This document shows positions 1 to 12,645 of a stretch of DNA of 60,420 nt, in pieces (within the stretch, counting starts at the first letter, position 1; each line of letters starts with the position of its first letter). Position numbers and translations under genes: made by a program. The notes beneath the pieces were generated by a model that was not told where the DNA came from, ran no database searches, and saw only the letters and a program-made list of their open reading frames with translations. Origin of the DNA: Dendrobates tinctorius (Eukaryota); assembly GCF_039654945.1 (NCBI RefSeq), contig NW_027361881.1:1922001-1982420 (forward strand). The letters are read 5' to 3'.

Positions 1-3000
1 CTCCCCCATCACCTCCTGCAGGTTCAGTGTCTGCAGACACATAAGGGGGATGTGCTGGATCTCCCCCATCACCTCCTGCAGGTTCAGTGTCTGCACACAC
101 GAGGGATGTGCTGGATCTCCTCCATCACCTCCTGCAGGTTCAGTGTCTGCACACACATAAGGGGGATGTGATGGATCTCCTCCATCACCTCCTGCAGGTT
201 CAGTGTCTGCACACACGAGGGATGTGCTGGATCTCCTCCATCACCTCCTGCAGGTTCAGTGTCTGCACACACAAGGGGGATGTGATGGATCTCCTCCATC
301 ACCTCCTGCAGGTTCAGTGTCTGCACACACATAAGGGGGATGTGCTGGATCTCCTTCATCACCTCCTGCAGGTTCAGTGTCTGCACACACATAAGGGGGA
401 TGTGCTGGATCTCCCCCATCACCTCCTGCAGGTTCAGTGTCTGCAGACACATGAGAGGGATGTGCTGGATCTCCTCCTTCACCTCCTGCAGGTTCAGTGT
501 CTGCACACATATGGGGGAGATCCAGCACATACCCTCTCATCTCCTGCAGGTTCAGTGTCTGCACACACATAAGAGGGATGTGCTGGGATCTCCTCCACCA
601 CCTCCTGCAGGTTCAGTGTCTGCACACACATAAGGGGGATGTGCTGGATCTCCTCCATCACCTCCTGCAGGTTCAGTGTCTGCAGACACATAAGGGGGAT
701 GTGCTGGATCTCCCCCATCACCTCCTGCAGGTTCAGTGTCTGCAGACACATAAGGGGGATGTGCTGGATCTCCTCCATCACCTCCTGCAGGTTCAGTGTC
801 TGCACACACATAAGAGCGATGTGCTGGATCTCCCCCATCACCTCCTGCAGGTTCAGTGTCTGCAGACACATAAGGGGGATGTGCTGGATCTCCCCCATCA
901 CCTCCTGCGGGTTCAGTGTCTGCAGACACATAAGGGGGATGTGCTGGATCTCCTCCATCACCTCCTGCGGGTTCAGTGTCTGCACACACATAAGGGGGAT
1001 GTGCTGGATCTCCTCCATCACCTCCTGCGAGTTCAGTGTCTGCACACACATAAGGGGGATGTGATGGATCTCCTCCATCACCTCCTGTAGGTTCAGTGTC
1101 TGCAGACACAAAAGGGGGATGTGCTGGATCTCCTCCATCACCTCCAGCAGGTGAGGGATGTGCTGGATCTCCCCCATCACCTCCTGCAGGTTCAGTGTCT
1201 GCACACACATAAGAGGGATGTGCTGGATCTCCTCCATCACCTCCTGCAGGTTCAATGTCTGCAGACACATAAGGGGGATGTGCTGGATCTCACCCATCAC
1301 CTCCTGCGGGTTCAGTGTCTGCACACACATAAGAGGGATGTGCTGGATCTCCTCCATCACCTCCTGTAGGTTCAGTGTCTGCAGACACATAAGGGGGATG
1401 TGCTGGATCTCCTCCATCACCTCCAGCAGGTTCAGTGTCGGCAGACACATAAGAGGGATGTGCTGGATCTCCCCCATCACCTCCTGCAGGATCAGTGTCT
1501 GCAGACATATAAGGGGGATGTGCTGGATCTCCCCCATCACCTCCTGCAGGTTCAGTGTCTGCAGACACATAAGGGGGATGTGCTAGATCTCCCCCATCAC
1601 CTCCTGCAGGTTCAGTGTCTGCAGACACATAAGAGGGATGTGCTGGATCTCCCCCATTACCTCCTGCAGGTTCAGTGTCTGCAGACACATAAGGGGGATG
1701 TGCTGGATCTCCCCCATCACCTCCTGCAGGTTCAGTGTCTGCACACACATAAGGGGGATGTGCTGGATCTCCTCCATCACCTCCTGCAGGTGAGGGATGT
1801 GCTGGATCTCCCCCATCACCTCCTGCAGGTTCAGTGTCTGCACACACATAAGAGGGATGTGCTGGATCTCCTCCATCACCTCCTGCAGGTTCAGTGTCTG
1901 CAGACACGTAAGGCGGATGTGCTGGATCTCCCCCATCACCTCTTGCAGGTTCAGTGTCTGCAGACACATAAGGGGGATGTGCTGGATCTCCCCCATCACC
2001 TCCTGCAGGTTCAGTGTCTGCACACACGAGGGATGTGCTGGATCTCCTCCATCACCTCCTGCAGGTTCAGTGTCTGCACACACATAAGGGGGATGTGATG
2101 GATCTCCTCCATCACCTTCTGCAGGTTCAGTGTCTGCACACACGAGGGATGTGCTGGATCTCCTCCATCACCTCCTGCAGGTTCAGTGTCTGCAGACACA
2201 TGAGAGGGATGTGCTGGATCTCCTCCTTCACCTCCTGCAGGTTCAGTGTCTGCACACATATGGGGGAGATCCAGCACATACCCTCTCATCTCCTGCAGGT
2301 TCAGTGTCTGCACACACATAAGGGGGATGTGCTGGATCTTCTCCATCACCTCCAGCAGGTTCAGTGTCTGCAGACACATGAGAGGGATGTGCTGGATCTC
2401 CTCCATCACCTCCTGCAGGTTCAGTGTCTGCAGACACATAAGAGGGATGTGCTGGATCTCCCCCATCACCTCCTGCAGGTTCAGTGACTGCAGACACATA
2501 AGAGCGATGTGCTGGATCTCCCCCATCACCTCCTGCGGGTTCAGTGTCTGCACACACATAAGGGGGATGTGCTGGATCTCCTCCATCACCTCCTGCGGGT
2601 TCAGTGTCTGCACACACATAAGGGGGATGTGCTGGATCTCCTCCATCACTTCCAGCAGGTGAGGGATGTGCTGGATCTCCCCCATCACCTCCTGCAGGTT
2701 CAGTGTCTGCACACACATAAGAGGGATGTGCTGGATCTCCTCCATCACCTCCTGCAGGTTCAGTGTCTGCACACACATAAGAGGGATGTGCTGGATCTCC
2801 TCCATCACCTCCTGCAGGTTCAGTGTCTGCACACATATGGGGAGATCAGCACATACCCCCTCATCTCCTGCAGGTTCAGTGTCTGCACACACATAAGAGG
2901 GATGTGCTGGGATCTCCTCCACCACCTCCTGCAGGTTCAGTGTCTGCAGACACATAAGGGGGATGTGCTGGATCTCCCCCATCACCTCCTGCAGGTTCAG

Positions 3001-3856
3001 TGTCTGCACACACATAAGGGGGATGTGCTGGATCTCCCCCATCACCTCCTGCAGGTTCAGTGTCTGCACACACATAAGGGGGATGTGCTGGATCTCCCCC
3101 ATCACCTCCTGCAGGTTGTGTCTGCACACACATAAGGGGGATGTGCTGGATCTCTTCCATCACCTCCTGCAGGTTCAGTGTCTGCACACACATAAGGGGG
3201 ATGTGCTGGATCTCCCCCATCACCTCCTGCAGGTTTAGTGTCTGCACACACATAAGGGGGATGTGCTGGATCTCCCCCATCACCTCCTGCAGGTTGTGTC
3301 TGCACACACATAAGGGGGATGTGCTGGATCTCTTCCATCACCTCCTGCAGGTTCAGTGTCTGCACACACATAAGGGGGATGTGCTGGATCTCCCCCATCA
3401 CCTCCTGCAGGTTGTGTCTGCACACACATAAGGGGGATGTGCTGGATCTCTTCCATCACCTCCTGCAGGTTCAGTGTCTGCACACACATAAGGGGGATGT
3501 GCTGGATCTCTTCCATCACCTCCTGCAGGTTCAGTGTCTGCACACACATAAGGGGGATGTGCTGGATCTCCTCCATCACCTCCTGCAGGTTCAGTGTCTG
3601 CAGACACATAAGTGGGATGTGCTGGATCTCCCCCATCACCTCCTGCAGGTTCAGTGTCTGCACACACATATGGGTGAGATCCAGCACATACCCCCTCATC
3701 TCCTGCAGGTTCAGTGTCTGCACACACATAAGAGGGATGTGTTGGGATCTCCTCCACCACCTCCTGCAGGTTCAGTGTCTGCACACACATAAGGGGGATG
3801 TGCTGGATCTCTTCCATCTCCTCCTGCAGGCTCATTATCTGCACAGACATAAGGGG
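1..3856. repeat. 60-bp minisatellite, ~64 units, truncated by window start
   Basis: Unit CTCCYCCATCACCTCCTGCAGGTTCAGTGTCTGCASACACATAAGRGGGATGTGCTGGAT; exact 60-nt line periodicity at 601-1140, with occasional 56-, 58- and 39-bp deletion units. Confidence 0.97.
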
Positions 3857-5198
3857 TCGCGACTGATGGCCGTAGATTATACTAATTGTGCTTTGGTCAC
3901 AGTATGATTCTATCGACGATGAGGAACTGATGAATAAATGTCTCCAGTGGGACTCGTGCTGCACTCAGATGTCCTCAGAGTGCAGCCCGATATTTGTCAC
4001 GGACGCATTGACGTTCACAGCCGAGTGCCATCCAAATATCAAATCAATGTCAGACGTGCAGCGACTTTCTTATTCCTTAGACCGGTTCTGTCTGAGGAAA
4101 ATATGAGACGTGCAAGGCACCATAGAGTAACATTGGTCCGACTGACATCAAATGGATCCAACTGGGACTGAAGCGCAGGTCTGCACCCGCCCCAATGGAG
4201 CAATACTAGACGGCCATTATTGGAAGATTCCGGGTCATCTCCATATTGTTGTGTGTTCAGGATATTTGTGGTGTGACTGTATATAACCGTCCTGGGGAGA
4301 GGTCACTGCCTCAATAATCAGTGCAATGCTTCCGGAGAATGACGCTCCTCTCTTGGGTTTCCTGTCCTTACTGAATAAATAAATGGGAATTGTGCAATTA
4401 CATCTCCAAGACTCATGATTCAACCGGAGACCGGAGGGGGGTGCAAACGTCCTAAATCGCCCTACAGTATAAGGGCTTCTGCATGGTAGATCCCCTCACT
4501 ATCCAGGAGACATGATAACTTGCTGATCGGTGGGGGGCGACTGCCGGGAGCCCTCCAATCCTGAAAATGGGCCTTGGAAAAGCCTTATTTATGGGACACA
4601 CTATACACTGTATCTGCAGCAGCCCCACAGACATGGTATATAGCAGAGTCGTCCATGTGCGGCCACTACTTCATTCTAAAAGGCCATATCGGAACCTCGT
4701 CTCTGGGATCGGTGTGGTCCGGTGGTTGGATATCTGACAACCTGCATCGTGCGGAATATTTTTTTCCCAATTATTATAAAGTCCTTCCTTTGTGACTTGA
4801 TGTCTCTGGAGTCAGACGAGGCCATGTTACTGCTGTGATTGACATATAGCCGATGTCACCTCCCAGCCGCACTGCACCCGGAGGAAATTGCTGAATGTTT
4901 GTAGGTGACATGTTCATGAGTCACATCAGATTTCTGCCAAACGGAGTGGAAGGAAACGCTTTGATCAGTTGACTGTTTCCTACCAATCTCCATTCACAAA
5001 GGTCAAAGTTTTTCTCTAGAGAAAGAAAAGCTTTTACCTTTGATTAGATGAGAGCTGATAACAGAGAGCTGCAGAGAATCTCCCCATAGAATGGATTGGA
5101 GGAGTAATAATAATCTTCAGCTACAGAAATTAGATTTTTCATTTGTTCATAAATATTGAGAGAAATTATAACAACATCTCTGGAGTCCGCGTAGTCAG

Positions 5199-5292
5199 TG
5201 ATTCCATCATCCAAGAGCAGATCAACTTGTAACATTGTATCCGTCAGCGATTCCATCATCCAAGAGCAGGACAACTTGTAACATTGTATCCA
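5199..5292. repeat. ~50-bp tandem duplication (2 copies)
   Basis: GATTCCATCATCCAAGAGCAG..CAACTTGTAACATTGTATCC occurs twice in a row. Confidence 0.8.
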
Positions 5293-5688
5293 AATTAATA
5301 GTTATGTTGCTTTGTAAATGCTTTATTGTCATTTCTCATCTTTTCCTAAACCGTTTTCTGAGCTGGTTTCCAAATATTGCTGGTTACAATTGGAAACAGT
5401 CCGCGGTGTAAAGACCCCCTCGTTGTCAGAATTTGTCATCTGCTCTGGTTAAAGGAAACCCCCTGAATTCTGTGTGCAGCTTTCCATCAAAAAAAGAGCA
5501 AAATATTTACAACGCTGCTCACAATTTTCGCTTGTATCAGTTGTGCAGAGGCGGTGTTTTTGGGGGGAGAACACCGACTTTAGGGTGTTTTCTGATTTAC
5601 TTTAAAGTTTTTCTCACGGTCACCAAGTCTGATAAAAAAATCTTTTTTTAAAATCTATCCAACTCCCAGGTTCCCAACCAGTCCTCCC

Positions 5689-5840
5689 TTACCTTGCAGT
5701 GATGACATCTCACACACCCCATGTGACCGCTGCAGCCAATCACTGGCCTGAGTGCTACACAGTATCACACCACTGAGGCCAAGTCATTGGCTGCAGAGAT
5801 CACATGGGGAGGACGCGAGGTCATCACTGCAGCCAGGTAA
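5689..5840. mobile_element. Palindromic MITE-like element
   Basis: Left arm TGCAGTGATGAC..CCCCATGTGA..TGCAGCCAAT..TGGCCT pairs with right arm AGGCCA..ATTGGCTGCA..TCACATGGGG..GTCATCACTGCA; no ORF. Confidence 0.6.
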
Positions 5841-7109
5841 ACGCTCAGAACAGCAGACATTAAATAAGTGATCACTTACCGATGTCATCAGTATTGGATG
5901 CGGCACAGAAGCTTTAAAAAAAAAAAACCAACAACCTGCAGCAGCATTAATGGACGATGCCATCCTGCGGGAAATATCGGCGAGGTCATGCTAATGACTG
6001 CCATCCTATATGGTCCTGCATAGCCTTTCTTTACCGTCCGTCCAGGAGGATCAGATGGCTGCGCTGGGAAGTTTCTTCCTTAATATTTTGGTGCACACGG
6101 ATGGGGATATTAATTATTATTGCATTTCTTGATGTATGACATTCTTATATATTTCTTTATTTATATCTTCTTTTATAGGAAACCTTCTGTTATCTTCATC
6201 TTTTTAGTGATATGGGATTATGTAGTTGTTGGATCCCATGACAGCAGCCGACAGTGGAGTAGGGGCAGTGGAGTAGGGGCAGTGGAGTGGAGCAGTGGCC
6301 CATATGTCCTTGACAGGACCGAACGCTCTGTCTGCCATGGAGAAGCTCCTACCTTCCATAATTGAAGAGGCTGCAGTCTGGAGAGCTCTTCTATCCTTCC
6401 AGGACAGAACGGTAATGTCAGGAGTAAGGACTAAGCTCTTATACTATATCGTCCTGGGAATGTCTTGTTTTATCCAGGTTTACAGTAAAGTTTTTGCACA
6501 TTTTTTAGCCGTACACATCTGGATTCTTCCTACTTTGTACTGAATTGTTACCACCGAGCCAGAGTATTTTTTATCCGAGGATGGGCAGGATCGTTTTTGC
6601 AGTCAAGATCATGTCTGGCAATGTGATGACCGTGTCCTATACAAATCATCTCAGAGACTCAAAACCCAAACCTTGTAAGCAATCTCAGATAATGCAGCAT
6701 TTACAGACAAAAGCGACATCTCATCATGTATCACTGAGAGTGGGGGACTATTGCACGCAGCCGACCAGCGGCCCCGGGATCAGTGCAACTGGTGGCCCCT
6801 TATTGCCTAATGTCGTCCTTTTCCAATATAAACTGATGGAGCTTCCAGTATTCCGCCCCGATCCGTCTTCTGAAGAAGAGAGAAGATCCATGTTGGCAGA
6901 ACCACCAAGGAATGTTGGAAGCAGGAGCATGTCTGCCTTACCTTTCTGGGAAGTACAAGCATCAGAACTAGTGATGCTCGGATAAGGTGTTATTGGAGCA
7001 TGCTCATGTGCTAGCCGGGGGTCTTCGGCATGCTCAAATATGATTGAGTCCCTGCTGCTGCATCTCTCACGGTTGTTCGACAGCCACAACACATGCAGAG
7101 ATTGCCTGT

Positions 7110-7305
7110 TTGAACAATGCACAGTGACTAATAGAATATTTAACAGGGAGAAATGCAAGATTCTACACCTGCGCAAGAAAAAACTAAAGTTACGGTACAT
7201 CTAAATAATGGGAGGAATAGAACTAAGCAACAGCACGTGTAAAAAAGACTTGGGTATACTAATAGATCACAGACTGCACATGAGTCAACAAACAGTGTGA
7301 TGCAG
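7110..7305 (+). mobile_element. Degenerate CR1 LINE ORF2 fragment, part 1 (interrupted by L2)
   Basis: Translates with frameshifts to FNREKCKILHL..GGIELSNSTC.KDLGILIDHRLHMSQ.QCDA, typical of the CR1 region just after the RT domain. Confidence 0.85.
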
Positions 7306-8264
7306 TGTGGACAAAACAGAATTCATCATCTTTCCCCCATCTCACGTGACCCCCCCTACGAACCTATCAATTACAGTAAATGACTGCCCACTCTCCCCAG
7401 TCCCACAAGCTCGCTGCCTCGGAGTAATCCTTGATGCTGATCTCTCCTTCAAACCACATATCCAAACCCTTTCCACTTCCTGCCGACTTCAACTCAAAAA
7501 TATTTCACGCATCCGTTCATTCCTCACCCAAGAATCTGCAAAAACCCTAGTCCATGCCCTCATCATCTCTCGCCTTGACTACTGCAACCTCATGCTCTGC
7601 GGCCTCCCCTCAAACACTCTCGCACCCCTCCAATCTATTCTAAACTCTGCTGCCCGACTAATCCACCTGTCCCCCCGCTATTCCCCAGCTTCTCCCCTCT
7701 GTCAATCCCTTCACTGGCTCCCAATTGCCCAGAGACTCCATTACAAAACCCTAACCATGACATACAAAGCCATCCACAACCTGTCTCCTCCATACATCTG
7801 TGACCTCGTCTCCCGGTACTTTCCTGCACGCAACCTCCGATCCTCACAAGATCTCCTTCTCTGCTCCCCTCTTATCTCCTCTTCCCACAATCGCATACAA
7901 GATTTCTCTCGCGCATCCCCCCTACTCTGGAACTCTCTACCACAACATATCAGACTCTCACCTACCATCGAAACCTTCAAAAAGAGCCTGAAGACCCACC
8001 TCTTCCGACAAGCCTACAACCTGCAGTAACCACCGATCCACCAAACCGCTGCACGACCAGCTCTACCCTCGCCTACTGTATTATCACCCATCCCTTGAAG
8101 ATTGTGAGCCCTCGCGGGCAGGGTCCTCTCTCCTCCTGTACCAGTTATGACTTGTATTGTTTAAGATTATTGTACTTGTTTTTATGTATACCCCCCTCAC
8201 ATGTAAAGCGCCATGGAATAAATGGCGCTATAACAATAAATAATAATAATAATAATAAATAATA
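7306..8264 (+). mobile_element. Young 5'-truncated L2 LINE (ORF2 C-terminus, 3' UTR, (TAA)n tail)
   Basis: Uninterrupted 240-aa ORF 7307-8029 (DKTEFIIFPP..ARCLGVILD..LVHALIISRLDYCN..LHWLPI..FKKSLKTHLFRQAY); 3' stem-loop GCGCCAT-GGAATAA-ATGGCGC; TAA tail; ATGCAG duplicated at 7300-7305 and 8265-8270. Confidence 0.93.
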
Positions 8265-8860
8265 ATGCAGCAGCAATAAAGGCAAAATGCAATTCTGGGA
8301 TGTATTGCCCTCTACTCCTCTTTGGTCAGACCTCATCTGGAATACTGTGTCCAGTTTTGGGCGCCACATTTAAAAAAAAAAAGACATCAGAAAAGTGGAG
8401 CAAGTTCTGAGAAGAGTGACCAGAATGGTGACCGGTCTGCAAACCATGTCCTATGAGGAACGGTTACAGGATTTGGAAATCCTTAGCTGCCAAATTTTAG
8501 GCTAAGAGGAGACTTAATAGCTGTCTACAAATATCTAAAGGGCTGTCACATTGTAGAAGGATCAACTTTATTCTCATTTGCACAAGGAAAGACTAGAAGC
8601 AATGGGATGAAACTGAATGGGAGGAGACACAGATTAGATATTAGAAAAAACTTTCTGACAGAGTGATCAATGAGTGGAACAGGCTGCCACGAGAAGTGGT
8701 GAGTTCTCCTTCAATGGAAGTCTTCACACAGAGGCTGGACAGACATCTGACTGGGATGATTTATTGACTTCTGCATTGAGCAGGGGGTTTTACACGATGA
8801 CCCTGGAGGTCCTGAGGACCATGGAGTTCGCCTCCAACTCTAACATCCTAGAATTCCATG
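8265..8860 (+). mobile_element. Degenerate CR1 LINE, part 2 (ORF2 end and 3' UTR)
   Basis: Reads [61 protein letters not shown] and joins part 1 once the L2 is removed. Confidence 0.9.
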
Positions 8861-9231
8861 TTCCAGGGGACTGGAACATATTTTTCGAGCACGCCGACGA
8901 CACTCTGTTAGCACACGATTACCTTCCAGCGTCACGGCGTGGCTTTTGATTACTTAGGGCAGGTTCAATGTTATCTGTGGGACATGAAGCAAATGACAAA
9001 TCAAACCGCGCCTGAGACATCGGAATATAAAAGATTCAGCGTCCTCATCTATCCGCCAGGTACCCCTGACCCGGACTGGAGTCCCGCGCAAGGATCCGCT
9101 CCTCTCTAATGTCTTACCTCCTCGGCAGGGAAGGCAGATGGAACAGGTCTGTGATAGCTGAGGTTTCCGGAAAGCAGCCAAAAATCGGCCACTTGCTAAA
9201 TCCCCATTGGAGCTGCGGCTGCAGGATGAAA

Positions 9232-10930
9232 AGCACGGTGTCTCACTGGTTAGCACAGTACGGTGTCTCACTGGTTAGCACAGTACGGTGTCTCACTGGT
9301 TAGCACGGTACGGTGTCTCACTGGTTAGCACGGTACGGTGTCTCACTGGTTAGCACAGTACGGTGTCTCACTGGTTAGCACGGTACGGTGTCTCACTGGT
9401 TAGCACGGTACGGTGTCTCACTGGTTAGCACAGTACGGTGTCTCACTGGTTAGCACTGTACGGTGTCTCACTGGTTAGCACTGTACGGTGGCTCAGTGGT
9501 TAGCACAGTACGGTGTCTCACTGGTTAGCACTGTACGGTGTCTCACTGGTTAGCACAGTACGGTGTCTCACTGGTTAGCACAGTACGGTGTCTCACTGGT
9601 TAGCACGGTACGGTGTCTCACTGGTTAGCACGGTACGGTGTCTCACTGGTTAGCACAGTACGGTGTCTCACTGGTTAGCACAGTACGGTGTCTCACTGGT
9701 TAGCACTGTACGGTGTCTCACTGGTTAGCACTGTACGGTGGCTCAGTGGTTAGCACAGTACGGTGTCTCACTGGTTAGCACTGTACGGTGTCTCACTGGT
9801 TAGCACAGTACGGTGTCTCACTGGTTAGCACAGTACGGTGTCTCACTGGTTAGCACTGTACGGTGTCTCACTGGTTAGCACTGTACGGTGGCTCAGTGGT
9901 TAGCACAGTACGGTGTCTCACTGGTTAGCACTGTACGGTGTCTCACTGGTTAGCACTGTACGGTGTCTCACTGGTTAGCACTGTACGGTGGCTCAGTGGT
10001 TAGCACAGTACGGTGTCTCACTGGTTAGCACAGTACGGTGTCTCACTGGTTAGCACAGTACGGTGTCTCACTGGTTAGCACTGTACGGTGTCTCACTGGT
10101 TAGCACTGTACGGTGTCTCACTGGTTAGCACTGTACGGTGGCTCAGTGGTTAGCACAGTACGGTGTCTCACTGGTTAGCACTGTACGGTGTCTCACTGGT
10201 TAGCACTGTACGGTGTCTCACTGGTTAGCACTGTATGGTGGCTCAGTGGTTAGCACAGTACGGTGTCTCACTGGTTAGCACTGTACGGTGTCTCACTGGT
10301 TAGCACTGTACGGTGGCTCAGTGGTTAGCACAGTACGGTGTCTCACTGGTTAGCACTGTACGGTGTCTCACTGGTTAGCACTGTATGGTGGCTCAGTGGT
10401 TAGCACAGTACGGTGTCTCACTGGTTAGCACTGTACGGTGTCTCACTGGTTAGCACTGTACGGTGTCTCACTGGTTAGCACTGTACGGTGGCTCACTGGT
10501 TAGCACTGTACGGTGGCTCACTGGTTAGCACTGTACGGTGGCTCAGTGGTTAGCACAGTACGGTGTCTCACTGGTTAGCACAGTACGGTGTCTCACTGGT
10601 TAGCACAGTACGGTGGCTCACTGGTTAGCACTGTACGGTGTCTCACTGGTTAGCACTGTACGGTGGCTCAGTGGTTAGCACTGTACGGTGGCTCAGTGGT
10701 TAGCACAGTACGGTGGCTCAGTGGTTAGCACTGTACGGTGTCTCACTGGTTAGCACTGTACGGTGTCTCACTGGTTAGCACTGTACGGTGTCTCACTGGT
10801 TAGCACTGTACGGTGTCTCACTGGTTAGCACAGTACGGTGGCTCAGTGGTTAGCACTGTACGGTGGCTCAGTGGTTAGCACAGTACGGTGGCTCAGTGGT
10901 TAGCACTGTATGGTGGCTCAGTGGTTAGAA
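9232..10930 (+). repeat. 25-bp minisatellite (~68 units) made from the tRNA-like head (A box) of a SINE
   Basis: Unit ACGGTGKCTCASTGGTTAGCACWGT; matches the 5' end of the intact SINE at 56317-56600 (GCACGGTGGCTCAGTGGTTAGCACTG). Confidence 0.95.
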
Positions 10931-11128
10931 CTGCAGCCTTGTAGCACTGGGGTCCTGGTTTCAAGTCCCACCAACATCTGCAAGGAGTTTGCGTGGGTTC
11001 CTCCGGGTCCTCTGGTTTCCTCCCACTCATGGGGAACCTAGATTGCGAGCCCCGATGGGGACAGTGATAATAATGTCTGTAAAGCCGTGGAATTATTGGG
11101 GCTATATAAGTGAGTAAAATAAATAAAT
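10905..11128 (+). mobile_element. Body of the tRNA-derived SINE whose head was amplified
   Basis: TGGCTCAGTGG A box, degenerate B box GGTTTCAAGTCCC, GGTTTCCTCCCAC core, L2-like tail and AAAT end; collinear with the 56317-56600 copy. Confidence 0.9.
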
Positions 11129-11704
11129 GCCATCACAGCCATCATTACATAAAGGTGCAGAATTGGAGCATGAGAAAATGTATAAAAACAAATCAAAATT
11201 GGGGAAAACCAAAAGGGGAAGTTACCAGAGAGCAAAATACATGGAATTTACTCTGCAGAAAAATAAGAAAAGAGCTGAGACGAGGCGGCACGCAGGCGGG
11301 GGTCTGCCAACTTCCCTATACCGAGCTCGAAAATATCAGCACGGTTTCATTTCACTACCTGTATATCCCTTTACCGTGACCACATCGAAACTTAGTTTGG
11401 GTGCGCAGCTCCTCGGCGCAGATACTTTTTGGAAGTTCATCTCCTCCTCGCTTCCATCAGAGCTAATTTTGCTCTGAAAGTGTGAAGGAGAAGCCTGCGG
11501 GGTCTTCGGATCCCTTTTTTTGCAGTTTCTTTATGATGGGTCTAAAAGCCACAAAAGCCAATTTTACCTTGGCAGATGATGGGGACAGGTGTGAACAACG
11601 GCAAAGGCGAAAGGAAAGGACGCGGCTCTGGTGGGGGGCACAGGCGCAGGAGTCACCTCTCCACATCACAGGAGGGAACCACCAGGTGCCATCTACAGCA
11701 CCTG

Positions 11705-12645
11705 GAAGACGAGAGCCACCACACACAGACGTCTCCAGGACCTGGCTACAAGTGTCACATTCCTTGTGTCAGCCACTCATGACCAATAGACAACGCCAGA
11801 AGTGTCTTACCTGGGCCAAGGAGAAGAAGAACCGGACTGTGGTCAATGGTCCCAGAGTCTGGAGGAAGAGAGGAGGCCACAATCCAAGCTGCTGGAGGTC
11901 TAGTGTGAGGTCTCCACCATCATTGATGGTTTGGGGAGCCATGTCATCTGCTGGTGTAGGTCCACTGTGTTTTATCAACACCAAAGTCAGTGCAGCCGTC
12001 TACAGGGACATGTTAGAGCTCTTCATGCTTCCCTCTGCCGACAAGCTTTATGGAGATGGCAATGTCATTCTCCAGCAGGACTTGGCCCCTGTCCACACTG
12101 CCAAAAGTACCAATACCTGGTGTAAAGACAACAGTATCACTGGGCCTGATTGGCAGCAAACTCGCCTGACCTTAACCCTATAGAGAATCTATGGAGTATT
12201 GTCAAGAGGAAGATGAGAGACACCAGACCCAACAATGCAGACGAGCTGAAGGCTGCTATCAAAGCGACCTGGGCTTCCATAACCCCTCAGCAGTGCCACA
12301 GGCTGATCACCTCCATGCCACGCCGCATTGATGCAGTAATTGATGCAGAAGGAGCCCGACCAAGTACTGAGGGCATTTACTGATCATACATTTCAGGAGG
12401 ACAACATTTCAGATTTTACAATCATTTTTCAGGCTGGTGTTATAAAGTATTCTAATCTACTGAGATAATGACTTTTGGGTTCTCATTGGCTGTAAGCCAT
12501 AATCATCACCATTACCAGAAATAATCCCGTGACATAGATCACTCTGTGTAATGACTCTATAGGATAGAGGAGAGGCACTGTCTGTATTGGAGAACTGAAA
12601 TATTCACTTTTCCATGATATTCTCAGTTTGGGAGAAGCTCCTGTA
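11705..12645 (+). mobile_element. Degenerate Tc1/mariner element (transposase 3' half and right end)
   Basis: LMVWGAMSSAGVGPLCF..LQQDLAPVHTAK then, after a frameshift, NSPDLNPIENLW..SMPRRIDAVI; ends in a TIR-like ..CCTG followed by TA at 12644-12645. Confidence 0.9.

Noticed and set aside
84-3964. Many ORFs, one with an LRR-like LQTLNL 20-aa repeat
   Set aside because: Open on both strands in several frames, broken by non-triplet deletion units, and lacking the conserved LRR Asn; a product of the 60-bp repeat
9232-10930. CRISPR-like array or tRNA gene cluster
   Set aside because: No unique spacers, no cas genes, eukaryotic context; units are only a 25-nt SINE head and cannot form a cloverleaf
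11482-12383. Functional or domesticated transposase
   Set aside because: N-terminal domain missing, deletion over the first catalytic Asp region, and a frameshift before SPDLNPIE
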